Source: Pyrinomonadaceae bacterium
Lineage (GTDB): Bacteria; Acidobacteriota; Blastocatellia; Pyrinomonadales; Pyrinomonadaceae
Direction of reading: 5' to 3'
NCBI GenBank assembly: GCA_035537095.1
Contig: DATLMV010000044.1
Location: 41-64,040, forward strand
Length of the DNA stretch: 64,000 bases
Under the pieces are notes generated by a model, which ran no database searches, was not told where the DNA came from, and saw nothing but the letters and a program-made list of their open reading frames with translations. Below, one piece after another: positions 24,501 through 32,182 of the stretch (positions are counted from its first letter, which is position 1; each line of letters starts with the position of its first letter). The position numbers and the translations under genes are program-made.

Positions 24501-27500
24501 CCTGCACGCCGCGCTCGTCAACGACAGCCAGATCTCCGTTGACACGAAGCAGGTCATCGTCCCTCCCGTCAGACAGTTTTTGAACGTCGAACTGAAGGCC
24601 GACCGCGAGCAGTACCAGCCGCGCGAAGAGGGCACGCTGACCGTCACGACGCGCGACGTTGACGGCAAGGCCATCGCGGCGGAGGTCGCGCTCGGTTTGA
24701 TTGACGAGTCGGTCTTCTACATCCAGCGCGGCTACGCCGCCGACCCGCGCCAGTTCTACTACGGCAACAAGCGCGCGCAGCACGTCCAGACGCAGAGCAC
24801 GTTTCAGCAGCGAGCTTACGCGCGTTTCGTCGAGGGCGCGGAGAAGCAGTTGATTGACGAGCGCGTGCTGCGCGCCGCCGAAGATCAGGCGCGCGAGCAG
24901 GACACGCCCTTCTCGCGCCTGCAAATCCTTGCCGGACTGCAAAGCCCTTCAGCCAAGCCGAATATGGCGGGAGCGAAAGAGGAGATGCGCGCATACAAGT
25001 CGGCGCGCGAAGACGACGTTGTACGCGTTGACGAGATTACGAGTCTGCCCGTGAACGGGCGCGACTCCGCCAACTTTTCCATCCTCGCGCGCGCGGCGGA
25101 TGCGCCGCCTCCGGCGAGTGCGTCGGTCGCGCCAGAGCCAGCCGTGCAGGTGCGGAGCGATTTCCGCTCGACCGTCTTCTGGCAGCCCGACGTGACGACC
25201 GACGCCGAGGGCCGTGCGACCGTCAAGATCAAATATCCCGACTCGCTGACGGGCTGGCAGGCGACCGCGCGCGTCGCTTCGAGCGGGAACCAGTTCGGCG
25301 TCGCCAACACCTCGACGCGCACCAAGCAGCCGCTCATCGTGCGCCTCCAAGCCCCGCGCTTCTTCGTCGTCGGCGACAAAGTGACGGTCTCGGCGGTCGT
25401 CAACAACAACACGGACGCGGAGATGCGCGTCGCGCCAAAGCTCGCGGCGGAGGGCTTGACGGTCGCCGGAATGCTCTTTGACGGCAAGGTGCGCGACGGC
25501 GCATCGCCGTCGCTCGCGGTCGCGCCGGGCGGCGAGACGCGCGTTGACTGGCTCGTCTCGGTGGAGCAAGCGGGCGAGGCGAAGTTGCGCGTCGAGGCGC
25601 GCGGCGCGAGCCACGCCGACGCGATGGAGCGCAGCTACAGCGTCTTCGAGCACGGGATGGAGAAGTTCGTCTCACAGTCCGGCAAGATGCGCGGCGCGGA
25701 GGTCGCCGTCAAACTGGACATCCCGCGCGAGCGTCGCGCCGAGACGACGACGCTCGCCGTGCAGGTCGCGCCCTCGATGGCCGTCACCATGCTCGACGCC
25801 CTGCCCTACCTGATTGACTTCCCCTACGGCTGCACCGAGCAGACGATGAGCCGTTTTCTCCCCGCCGTCATCACCGCCAAGACGCTCAAGGAGTTGGGAC
25901 TCCCGCCCGAAGCCGTGGCGGGCAAAATCTTCGGCGGCATCGAACAGGAGCACGCCGCCGCGACCCATCCGGACGGCAAGCGAGACCTCCGTCGCCTCGA
26001 CGAGATGACGAAACAGGGCCTCAGCCGTCTCTACGATTTTCAACACGCGGACGGCGGTTGGGGTTGGTGGAAGGAGGGCGAGAGCGACCACTTCATGTCG
26101 GCTTACGTCGTCTGGGGCATGACGCTCGCGCGCGATGCGGGCGTTGAAATCAGGCCCGAAGTTCTGGAACGCGCCGTCAGCTATCTCGATAAGGAGATTG
26201 TCGAAGCCGAGACGAGTCCCGACTTGCAGGCATGGATGCTGCACGCGCTCGCCGTTCATCACGCTTCGTCGCGGCGCGCAGAGGTCGGAGAGTTTCAGCA
26301 GAAGGCTCTCGATAATCTCTGGACGAACCGCGACCGCTTGAACGCCTACACGCGCGCCCTCGTCGCCCTGAGCGCGCACTATTACGGTGCGCGCGAACGC
26401 GCGCTGGCGCTCGTCCGCAATCTCGAAAACGGCGTCAAGATTGACAACGCGCCCGACACTTCCGTCGTGCGAGAGGGCGCGCGGGACGCGAACGCCGCCG
26501 TCATCTCGACGGCGCATTGGGGCGAAGACGGCATCTACTATCGCTGGTCGGACGGCGGCGTCGAGGCGACATCCTTCGCCCTGCGCGCGCTCCTCGCCAT
26601 TGACCCGCAGAACAAACTGATCGAGCCCGTCACCAACTGGCTCATCAAGAATCGTCGCGGCGCGCAATGGAGCAACACGCGCGACACGGCCATCGCCGTC
26701 CTCACGCTCAACGAATATCTCCGCACGAGCGGCGAACTGCGTCCCGATCTGTCGTATGAAGTGCTCGTCAACGGCCAGACCGTCACGACGCAAAAGCTGA
26801 CGGCGGCGGATGCGCTCAACGCTCCGAGTCGTTTTCAAGTTGACCGCGCTCTCGTCCGCGACGGCGCAAACGACATCCGCATCCGGCGCACGGGCGGCAT
26901 GAGTCCCGTCTATTTCTCTGCCGAGGCGCAGTTCTTCAGTCTTGAAGAACCGATCAAGCAGGAGGGCAACGAAATCTTCGTCCGCCGTCAATATTACAAA
27001 CTCGTTAGCCGCCCGACGCTGCTCAAAGGCACGGTCTATGACCGCGTGCCATTGGGCGACGGCGAGACGGTCGAGAGCGGCCAGCGCGTCGAGGCCGTGA
27101 TCACGATTGAGGTCAAGAACAACTACGAGTATCTCGTCTTTGAAGACCTCAAGCCCGCCGGTCTCGAAGCCGTCCAGATTCGCAGCGGCGAACCACTCTA
27201 CGCGCGCGAGCTAAAGTCGGGCGCGGTCGAGCGCAAGTTCACAGGCGCGAACGCCACGACGACGACAGCCAATACGACAGCCAACACCGAGACGCGCGCC
27301 GCTCCCGTGCGCGGCGGGAAACGCATCGCGCCGACCAACGCCGCCGACGACAACTACACGAGCCGCACGCGCTGGATTTATCAAGAACTGCGCGACCGCA
27401 AAGTCGCGCTCTTTCTCGACCGCCTGCCCGAAGGCGTCTGGGAGATTCGCTACGACTTCCGCGCCGAAGCGCCCGGTCAATTCCACGCCCTGCCCATGCT

Positions 27501-27576
27501 CGGCTACGCCATGTACGTCCCCGAAATCCGCTGCAACGGCACGGAGATAAAACTCAACGTCGAGGACGGAAAGTGA
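21529..27576 (+). CDS. Alpha-2-macroglobulin family protein with thioester and N-terminal helical (TPR-like) extension
   Basis: Track ORF 21337.. trimmed to the ATG at 21529 (MKPLKASILPLILLLLAPLALAAAQ signal peptide), 2015 aa. Thioester motif DFPYGCTEQTMSRFLP (CTEQ codons 25831-25842). MG-like repeats throughout. Confidence 0.9.
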   Translation: MKPLKASILPLILLLLAPLALAAAQQGEYEKLKTEAERFYAESSYARARELYERADALEIPADDARWVDFRLADTLWRAQAATETADTTKHERARAELEELIRESERAGKRDRVWAEAHESLGDFWWTRREVRAWGTAWPHYKEALEWWAGARDIEAARTRYLKIVWTVARPPRVEDYYYYGYHGNTLPMDVLENALKITRSREDQAHAHYLLAMTLRQQGDGEMRARAEEEFEAALKTGKASEWYDDALHFYAEWLSNYGRARASEDGQWTFEPDFVKAVALYRRLLAEHRKGETRYYDTAQQQVENLTKPTLNVGVSNVFLPDSEIQFHVNWRNVRRINFALYPLNLPRDVRFESKDADQSWIQAIRPPAGQRVRAWTKETGDKGDHTPAQELARIEGKLPVGAYLLEATTESGVRAREVILVTDAALVLKSSGKRALVYFCNAQTGAPIAEASVKVWQRMYQNSVWVWWEKSGVTNADGIAVFDLPEKEHGSEMFASAEQQGRQAFSNGYTSYHHTDAQAWRIYAFTDRPAYRPRETMQWKFIARRYEAGTYSTPAQQTVEFEIADPRGTKVHEGKAVLNTFGSAWGTLELTEAMPLGEYRVTFWNAGRQQHIGGATLFRLEEYKLPEFKVKISTPEVDGKRKAFRLGERVEVKLEAAYYYGGPVGGGTVEVLVYQNPFYHWWQPERDYSWYYDDSERMRRYYGGGGQIIKRETLKLDAEGRASLNFETPRSAGQDFEYRIEARVTDASRREITANETVRVTRQRYYVYPRAEHNLYRPQDTVKLDIKALDANNQPVVAEGQLKVTRDYWYEIWIDPQGREVKGEELRLLRARHGMFPPAPKAGARTGWRLKFRGYEYDDILTQTVKTDDAGAAEFRFKPEREGFYRLSWTSPDKGAQAIRAETTVWVATNATTETGYRQGGVEIIVDRDTFRAGETARLMLSVPTNDRYVLFSVEGEDLYSYRLVHLTGTAKLIELPVEERHVPNIFLHAALVNDSQISVDTKQVIVPPVRQFLNVELKADREQYQPREEGTLTVTTRDVDGKAIAAEVALGLIDESVFYIQRGYAADPRQFYYGNKRAQHVQTQSTFQQRAYARFVEGAEKQLIDERVLRAAEDQAREQDTPFSRLQILAGLQSPSAKPNMAGAKEEMRAYKSAREDDVVRVDEITSLPVNGRDSANFSILARAADAPPPASASVAPEPAVQVRSDFRSTVFWQPDVTTDAEGRATVKIKYPDSLTGWQATARVASSGNQFGVANTSTRTKQPLIVRLQAPRFFVVGDKVTVSAVVNNNTDAEMRVAPKLAAEGLTVAGMLFDGKVRDGASPSLAVAPGGETRVDWLVSVEQAGEAKLRVEARGASHADAMERSYSVFEHGMEKFVSQSGKMRGAEVAVKLDIPRERRAETTTLAVQVAPSMAVTMLDALPYLIDFPYGCTEQTMSRFLPAVITAKTLKELGLPPEAVAGKIFGGIEQEHAAATHPDGKRDLRRLDEMTKQGLSRLYDFQHADGGWGWWKEGESDHFMSAYVVWGMTLARDAGVEIRPEVLERAVSYLDKEIVEAETSPDLQAWMLHALAVHHASSRRAEVGEFQQKALDNLWTNRDRLNAYTRALVALSAHYYGARERALALVRNLENGVKIDNAPDTSVVREGARDANAAVISTAHWGEDGIYYRWSDGGVEATSFALRALLAIDPQNKLIEPVTNWLIKNRRGAQWSNTRDTAIAVLTLNEYLRTSGELRPDLSYEVLVNGQTVTTQKLTAADALNAPSRFQVDRALVRDGANDIRIRRTGGMSPVYFSAEAQFFSLEEPIKQEGNEIFVRRQYYKLVSRPTLLKGTVYDRVPLGDGETVESGQRVEAVITIEVKNNYEYLVFEDLKPAGLEAVQIRSGEPLYARELKSGAVERKFTGANATTTTANTTANTETRAAPVRGGKRIAPTNAADDNYTSRTRWIYQELRDRKVALFLDRLPEGVWEIRYDFRAEAPGQFHALPMLGYAMYVPEIRCNGTEIKLNVEDGK

Positions 27577-27582
27577 AAAGAG

Positions 27583-27670
27583 AGAGGTTGGATGTCGGAT
27601 GTTAGATGTTGGATAAAGACAAGTCAGGCTTCAGTTTTTCCTAACATCCAACATCCGGCATCTAACCTCT
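27583..27670. terminator. Imperfect 30-bp hairpin, GATGTTA-type arms, between convergent A2M-2 and pcs
   Basis: 27583-27612 versus the reverse complement of 27641-27670: 26/30 match, 28-nt loop. Shares the identical 15-mer gatgttagatgttgg (27598-27612) with 19812-19826. Confidence 0.6.
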
Positions 27671-27673
27671 TTT

Positions 27674-28372
27674 CTAACCTCTCCTTCTTATCGTCAACGC
27701 CCAAGACATGAGCAGGTAGTAGATGGGAAAGACGAGGGAGACGAGCGTGAGCAGTCTTTCGTTTTCGTTGCGGCGAAGGATGAGCAGGAGGACTAGCACG
27801 CCCCAGAGGGAGGCGAGCACGATGGTGAGACGATTGAAGGGCGCGCGTTGCGAGGGGTAGAGGTAGCGCGCGGGGATGAAGGTCAGGACGGAGAGCGAGA
27901 TGATGAGCGCGAGCGAAACCGGCACGGGCGGTTGCAGGTAGTAGAGATAGAAAGCGACGACGTTCCAGTAGGAAGGAAAGCCGAGAAAGAAACCGTCGTC
28001 GGTCTTGGCCTTCGTCTGCGAGAAGCCGTAGCCGCTGGCGAGCAGGGGCAGGAGCAGCCACCACGCGTACGCGCCGGGCAGTAGGCCCGCGCGCCAGACG
28101 AGCAGCAGCGGCAGAGACGTGTAGGTCTGAAAATCTATCAGGTTGTCGAGCGTGCTGCCGTCGAAACTCGGCACGACCTGCTTGACGCGCGCGCGTCGCG
28201 CCAGCCATCCGTCCGTCGAATCAATAAACGTCGCGACGAGCATCAACAGGAACGCCGTGCGAAACGCTTCGTCGCCGCCCCGCACGATCAACACCGCCAT
28301 CAACGCCGCGATTATCAACCCCGTCGCCGTGTAGAAGTGCACGCACCATGCCAGAAAGGTAGCTCGCTTCAT
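27674..28372 (-). CDS. pcs: CDP-alcohol phosphatidyltransferase family protein, phosphatidylcholine synthase-like
   Basis: 232 aa, polytopic. DSTDGWLARRARVKQVVPSFDGSTLDNLIDF fits the D-x2-DG-x2-AR...D-x3-D signature and closely resembles the Pcs block (VKEVLPRFDGATLDN) as I recall it. Confidence 0.65.
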   Translation of the reverse strand: MKRATFLAWCVHFYTATGLIIAALMAVLIVRGGDEAFRTAFLLMLVATFIDSTDGWLARRARVKQVVPSFDGSTLDNLIDFQTYTSLPLLLVWRAGLLPGAYAWWLLLPLLASGYGFSQTKAKTDDGFFLGFPSYWNVVAFYLYYLQPPVPVSLALIISLSVLTFIPARYLYPSQRAPFNRLTIVLASLWGVLVLLLILRRNENERLLTLVSLVFPIYYLLMSWALTIRRRG

Positions 28373-28387
28373 CTTCGATTATCCCGA

Positions 28388-29254
28388 CTATGCAACGTCC
28401 TGCGCCGTCAGTTTGAGTTCCCGCAGGAGCGCGGCGGAGGCTTCGGCTTTCGTCGTCCATGCTTGTGAAATTTGACTGAGCGCGGCGTGTTGCGAGCGAT
28501 GACGCCCGGCCCAGCGCGTCGCCTCTTGCGCCAGCCATTCGAGCAACTGCGCGGCATCCTGACCGAACAGAGCCTTGATGATATAGAGGCGTTCGCCGAT
28601 GCGCGTGCCGAGATTGAGCGTGCGCGCGGCGCGCGTCAAATCCGCGCGCGTGAGAATCATGCCGCTGCGCGCGGGACTCAGAAGCGTTTGCAGAAAAGGT
28701 TCGAGCCCATTGGCGCGCGGGTCGGAGAGTCCGGCGGATTCGCGCAGGTGGAGCGAAAGCGTGTCCTGTCCGCCCGTCGCTGCGGCCTCTCGCAGCAGCG
28801 CGCGCCGGAGAAGTTCGCCCCACTTTTGATAGAAGGGCGGCGCAAGCTCCGAGAGCTTTTCCAGATAGACGGGCAGCCAACTCAAAAGATGCTCCCAGAG
28901 AAAAGCGCGCCGCGCATGTCGCCAACCGGCACGCATCGTTTCGTCCTGCGCTGTGTCTTCGAGTTCGCAGAGGTGCGCGTAGAGCGCGAGCATGACGGGC
29001 AGGTAGTCGGGTTCGGCGGGAGGCGTCTGCTTGAGCGCGCGCCAGAAGCCCGCGATCAGGTCGCGCGCCGCGCCGCCGAGCATCCCCTCCGCGCCGAGAT
29101 AGACGGATGCATACGGGTAGAGTTGAAAGGCGAAGAGTTCCGTGTATGCGCTCGCCGGAGGGAGCGCGCCGAGTTCGAGCGCGGCGGCGACCGGCGCGGC
29201 CTCTCCGACCGGAGGCTCGGCGATGACGGCGAGCGCGCGAAAGAGTTCCATCAC
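28388..29254 (-). CDS. TorD/DmsD/NarJ-family molybdoenzyme chaperone
   Basis: 288 aa. ...YTELFAFQLYPYASVYLGAEGMLGG...DYLPVMLALYAHL... is typical of redox-enzyme maturation proteins. GTG start at 29254 overlaps the stop of the upstream molybdoenzyme gene (29251-29253). Confidence 0.7.
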   Translation of the reverse strand: MMELFRALAVIAEPPVGEAAPVAAALELGALPPASAYTELFAFQLYPYASVYLGAEGMLGGAARDLIAGFWRALKQTPPAEPDYLPVMLALYAHLCELEDTAQDETMRAGWRHARRAFLWEHLLSWLPVYLEKLSELAPPFYQKWGELLRRALLREAAATGGQDTLSLHLRESAGLSDPRANGLEPFLQTLLSPARSGMILTRADLTRAARTLNLGTRIGERLYIIKALFGQDAAQLLEWLAQEATRWAGRHRSQHAALSQISQAWTTKAEASAALLRELKLTAQDVA

Positions 29255-32172
29255 TCGACGCTCAAGAGTTCCCGCTCGTCCGGCAGACGATAAAACTCGC
29301 GCGCCGGTTTGAGCGGGCGCAGCAACCAGTAGGGGCGGCGCGTCGAGTCGGGCGAGAAAGCGTCAGCCGGACGCGTGCGGCTCAACCACTTTTGGTAAAC
29401 CTCGTGCGCCTTCTGCGTATCAACCGAGATGTCGCCGTACTTATCGGCGGCGTCAGCGGCGCGCACGCGCACGGCCTGATGCCAGCAATGCATGCCTGAA
29501 ACGGGGTCGGGATGAACCGGAAAAGTCAGGTTCTGATGGACACCCACGTCAGTCCACCAGATGCGCAGCGTATCCGCATCGCTCGACGCGTAGGGCGCGA
29601 CGCCGCGCTCGCGCTGCAAGCCCCACTCGTCGCCCTCGTGCGAGAGGTTGACGGTCGCCATCAACTGCCGCTGCCCCGCCGCGTCCTTCAACTTCCAACG
29701 CCCCATGTGATGACTGCACGCGACGATACCGGGACGGATGCCCTCCGTCACCCAAGCCTTGACGACGAAATAACCGATCTCCGTCTCGACGCGCACGAGG
29801 TCGCCCGTCTGCAAGCCGAGTCGCGCGGCGTGGCGCGTGTGTATCCAGAGCGGGTTGGTGTGCGCGATTTCGTCGAGCCACTTGGCGTTCGCGCTCCGCG
29901 TGTGAATCTGCACCGGGAGGCGAAAGGTCGAGATGAGGACGGTCTGCCCTTCGTCGAGATTGTCGGGATGAACGTGGCTCTTGATGTAGGTCGGGAGGCT
30001 GTGTTCGTGCCAGCCCCAATCGGCGAGGGTGCGCGAATAAAATTCGAGACGACCGCTCGGCGTGGGAAAGCCGCGACGCACCTGTGCGCCGTCCTGCACG
30101 CCGACGAAACGACGCCCGTCCGCGTCGGGGTCAATGGTCGGGATGGGCACGATGTTCGTCGTCGGGGGCTTCGCCGTCCGCGTATAGACACGTCCGAAGC
30201 GGTCGGCGCGCGTGTCTTCCAGTTCTTCCTCCGGCACGACCTCCTCATAAATCGCGCCGACCTTTTTTCGCACCTCGAACGCGCCGTAGCGACGCATGAA
30301 CTCAAGCGGCGTCAGGTTCTCGCGCGCCGCCCGTTCGGGCAGACCCGGCACGGAATGCTCAAAGATGTAGCCGTAATACTCGTCAACGCCGAGACGCTCG
30401 CCCGGTCGCTCGCGCGACTCGACGTACTGGCGAATGCCTAAAGTGCCGTCCGCGTCTATCCGCCACGATAGCTCCAACCAGAACTCGTTCTCCTCCCAGA
30501 CCTCGCCCGGATTGACGGCGCGCGTGTCGTCGAGTTTCTCGCCCAGACGCTCGCGCGCCGCACGCAGGACGGGCTGCCGGAAGCCGAGCCATTGTGCGTC
30601 GTGCGTCTCGTAGGAATGAATGTCGTGCCGCTCCGAGCCGTGACCCATCGGCAGGATGTAATCGGCGAAGTAGGCCGTCTCGTTCCACGTCGGCGTCAGC
30701 GCGACGTAGCAGCCGAACAGCTTCTCGTCCGTCAAAGCCTCGACCCAAGAGAAGCCGTCGGGGTTCGTCCACACGGGGTTATAGACGCGCGTGAAATAGA
30801 CATCCACACGGCCCCGCCCCTCCTTCAAAAAGTGCGGCAGCAGAAACGACAACTCGTTCATCGCCAGTGGGTACTCGCGCGGCCACGTCAACTCGTTCCA
30901 CGTCTGCGGGTGCGGCGGCGTGTGAATCGGCTTCGGCACAAACTTGTTCCAAGCGTTCGGGAACACTCCGCCCTCGGTCGCAATCGCGCCGAGCAGCGCG
31001 TTCAACATAAAGAGCGTCCGCGTCACCTGCCAGCCGCCGCTGTTACCGGCGGACGCCGAACGCCAGTTGTGACTCGAAAACTTCGTCCCCGCCTGCGAGA
31101 CGACCCGCGCAATCTCCTCGATGACGCGCGCCTCGACGCCCGATTCCTGCGCCGCGTACTCGAACGTGTAGCCGCCGTAAAGCTCCTTGAGCGCGCGCTC
31201 GAAGTTCTCAAACGTCGTCTCCGTTTCGGGCCGCTCCACCGCCATGTACTCTTCCCAGTTCCACCAACGCCTGACGAACTCACGATTGTAGAGCTTGTTC
31301 TCGATGAGATAATTCGCTATCGAGAGCACAATCGCGGGCTCCGAGCCGGGATAGGGCGCGATCCAGAAATCGGCGTGCGTCGCGGTGTTTGAAAGGCGCG
31401 TGTCGAAGACGATGAGCTTTGCGCCGCGCGCTTTGGCCTCCATCACGCGCTGCGCGTGCGGGTTGAAATAGTGTCCGGCCTCCAAATGCGAACTGATGAG
31501 AAAGACGACATCGGCGTTCGCGTGGTCGGGGCTCGGGCGGTCTAAGCCCATCCAGTATTGATAGCCCGCGCGACTGCTCGACGAGCAGACGTTCGTGTGC
31601 GAGTTGTGCCCGTCCACGCCCCACGCCGCCAGAATCCGCTCGGTGAAACCGTCCTCGCCCGGCCTGCCGACGTGATACATGATCTCGTTATGCCGCCGCT
31701 CGACAATCGCCTTGCGGATGCGTGCCGCGATGTCGTCCAGAGCCTCGTCCCAACTGACGCGCACCCACTCGCCCGCGCCGCGCTTGCCCGCTCGCTTCAG
31801 CGGATAGAGGATGCGGTCGGGGTCTGTGATCTGATTGAGCGTCGCGGGCCCCTTCGCGCAGTTGCGCCCGCGCGAGCCGGGATGCTCCGGATTGCCTTCA
31901 AACTTCTGTACCTGCAAACTCTCACGGTCAACGTAAGCCAGCAGGCCGCACGCCGATTCGCAGTTGAAGCAGGTCGTCGGCACGAGCATGTAGCGACGCT
32001 CCACCCGCTTCGGCCACGCGCGCGAATCCAACTCCACCCAATCGTCCCAACGCTCCTTCGGCGGAAACGCCGCGAGGTGAATCCGGCTCGGCCCCGGATA
32101 AAAAGTCTCGCCCCGCGCCTCCGTCTCCCTGCGCGCCACGCTGACACGTTTGTTCAGTTCGTCCAGTCTCAT
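29251..32172 (-). CDS. Molybdopterin oxidoreductase catalytic subunit (DMSO reductase family, Psr/Soe-like), no Tat signal
   Basis: 973 aa. N-terminal FeS cluster motif CFNCESACGLLAYVD...NCAKG and molybdopterin-binding segments along the whole length. N-terminus MRLDELNKRVSVARRE lacks an RRxFLK motif. Confidence 0.9.
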   Translation of the reverse strand: MRLDELNKRVSVARRETEARGETFYPGPSRIHLAAFPPKERWDDWVELDSRAWPKRVERRYMLVPTTCFNCESACGLLAYVDRESLQVQKFEGNPEHPGSRGRNCAKGPATLNQITDPDRILYPLKRAGKRGAGEWVRVSWDEALDDIAARIRKAIVERRHNEIMYHVGRPGEDGFTERILAAWGVDGHNSHTNVCSSSSRAGYQYWMGLDRPSPDHANADVVFLISSHLEAGHYFNPHAQRVMEAKARGAKLIVFDTRLSNTATHADFWIAPYPGSEPAIVLSIANYLIENKLYNREFVRRWWNWEEYMAVERPETETTFENFERALKELYGGYTFEYAAQESGVEARVIEEIARVVSQAGTKFSSHNWRSASAGNSGGWQVTRTLFMLNALLGAIATEGGVFPNAWNKFVPKPIHTPPHPQTWNELTWPREYPLAMNELSFLLPHFLKEGRGRVDVYFTRVYNPVWTNPDGFSWVEALTDEKLFGCYVALTPTWNETAYFADYILPMGHGSERHDIHSYETHDAQWLGFRQPVLRAARERLGEKLDDTRAVNPGEVWEENEFWLELSWRIDADGTLGIRQYVESRERPGERLGVDEYYGYIFEHSVPGLPERAARENLTPLEFMRRYGAFEVRKKVGAIYEEVVPEEELEDTRADRFGRVYTRTAKPPTTNIVPIPTIDPDADGRRFVGVQDGAQVRRGFPTPSGRLEFYSRTLADWGWHEHSLPTYIKSHVHPDNLDEGQTVLISTFRLPVQIHTRSANAKWLDEIAHTNPLWIHTRHAARLGLQTGDLVRVETEIGYFVVKAWVTEGIRPGIVACSHHMGRWKLKDAAGQRQLMATVNLSHEGDEWGLQRERGVAPYASSDADTLRIWWTDVGVHQNLTFPVHPDPVSGMHCWHQAVRVRAADAADKYGDISVDTQKAHEVYQKWLSRTRPADAFSPDSTRRPYWLLRPLKPAREFYRLPDERELLSVE

Positions 32173-32182
32173 ATTTCGTCTC

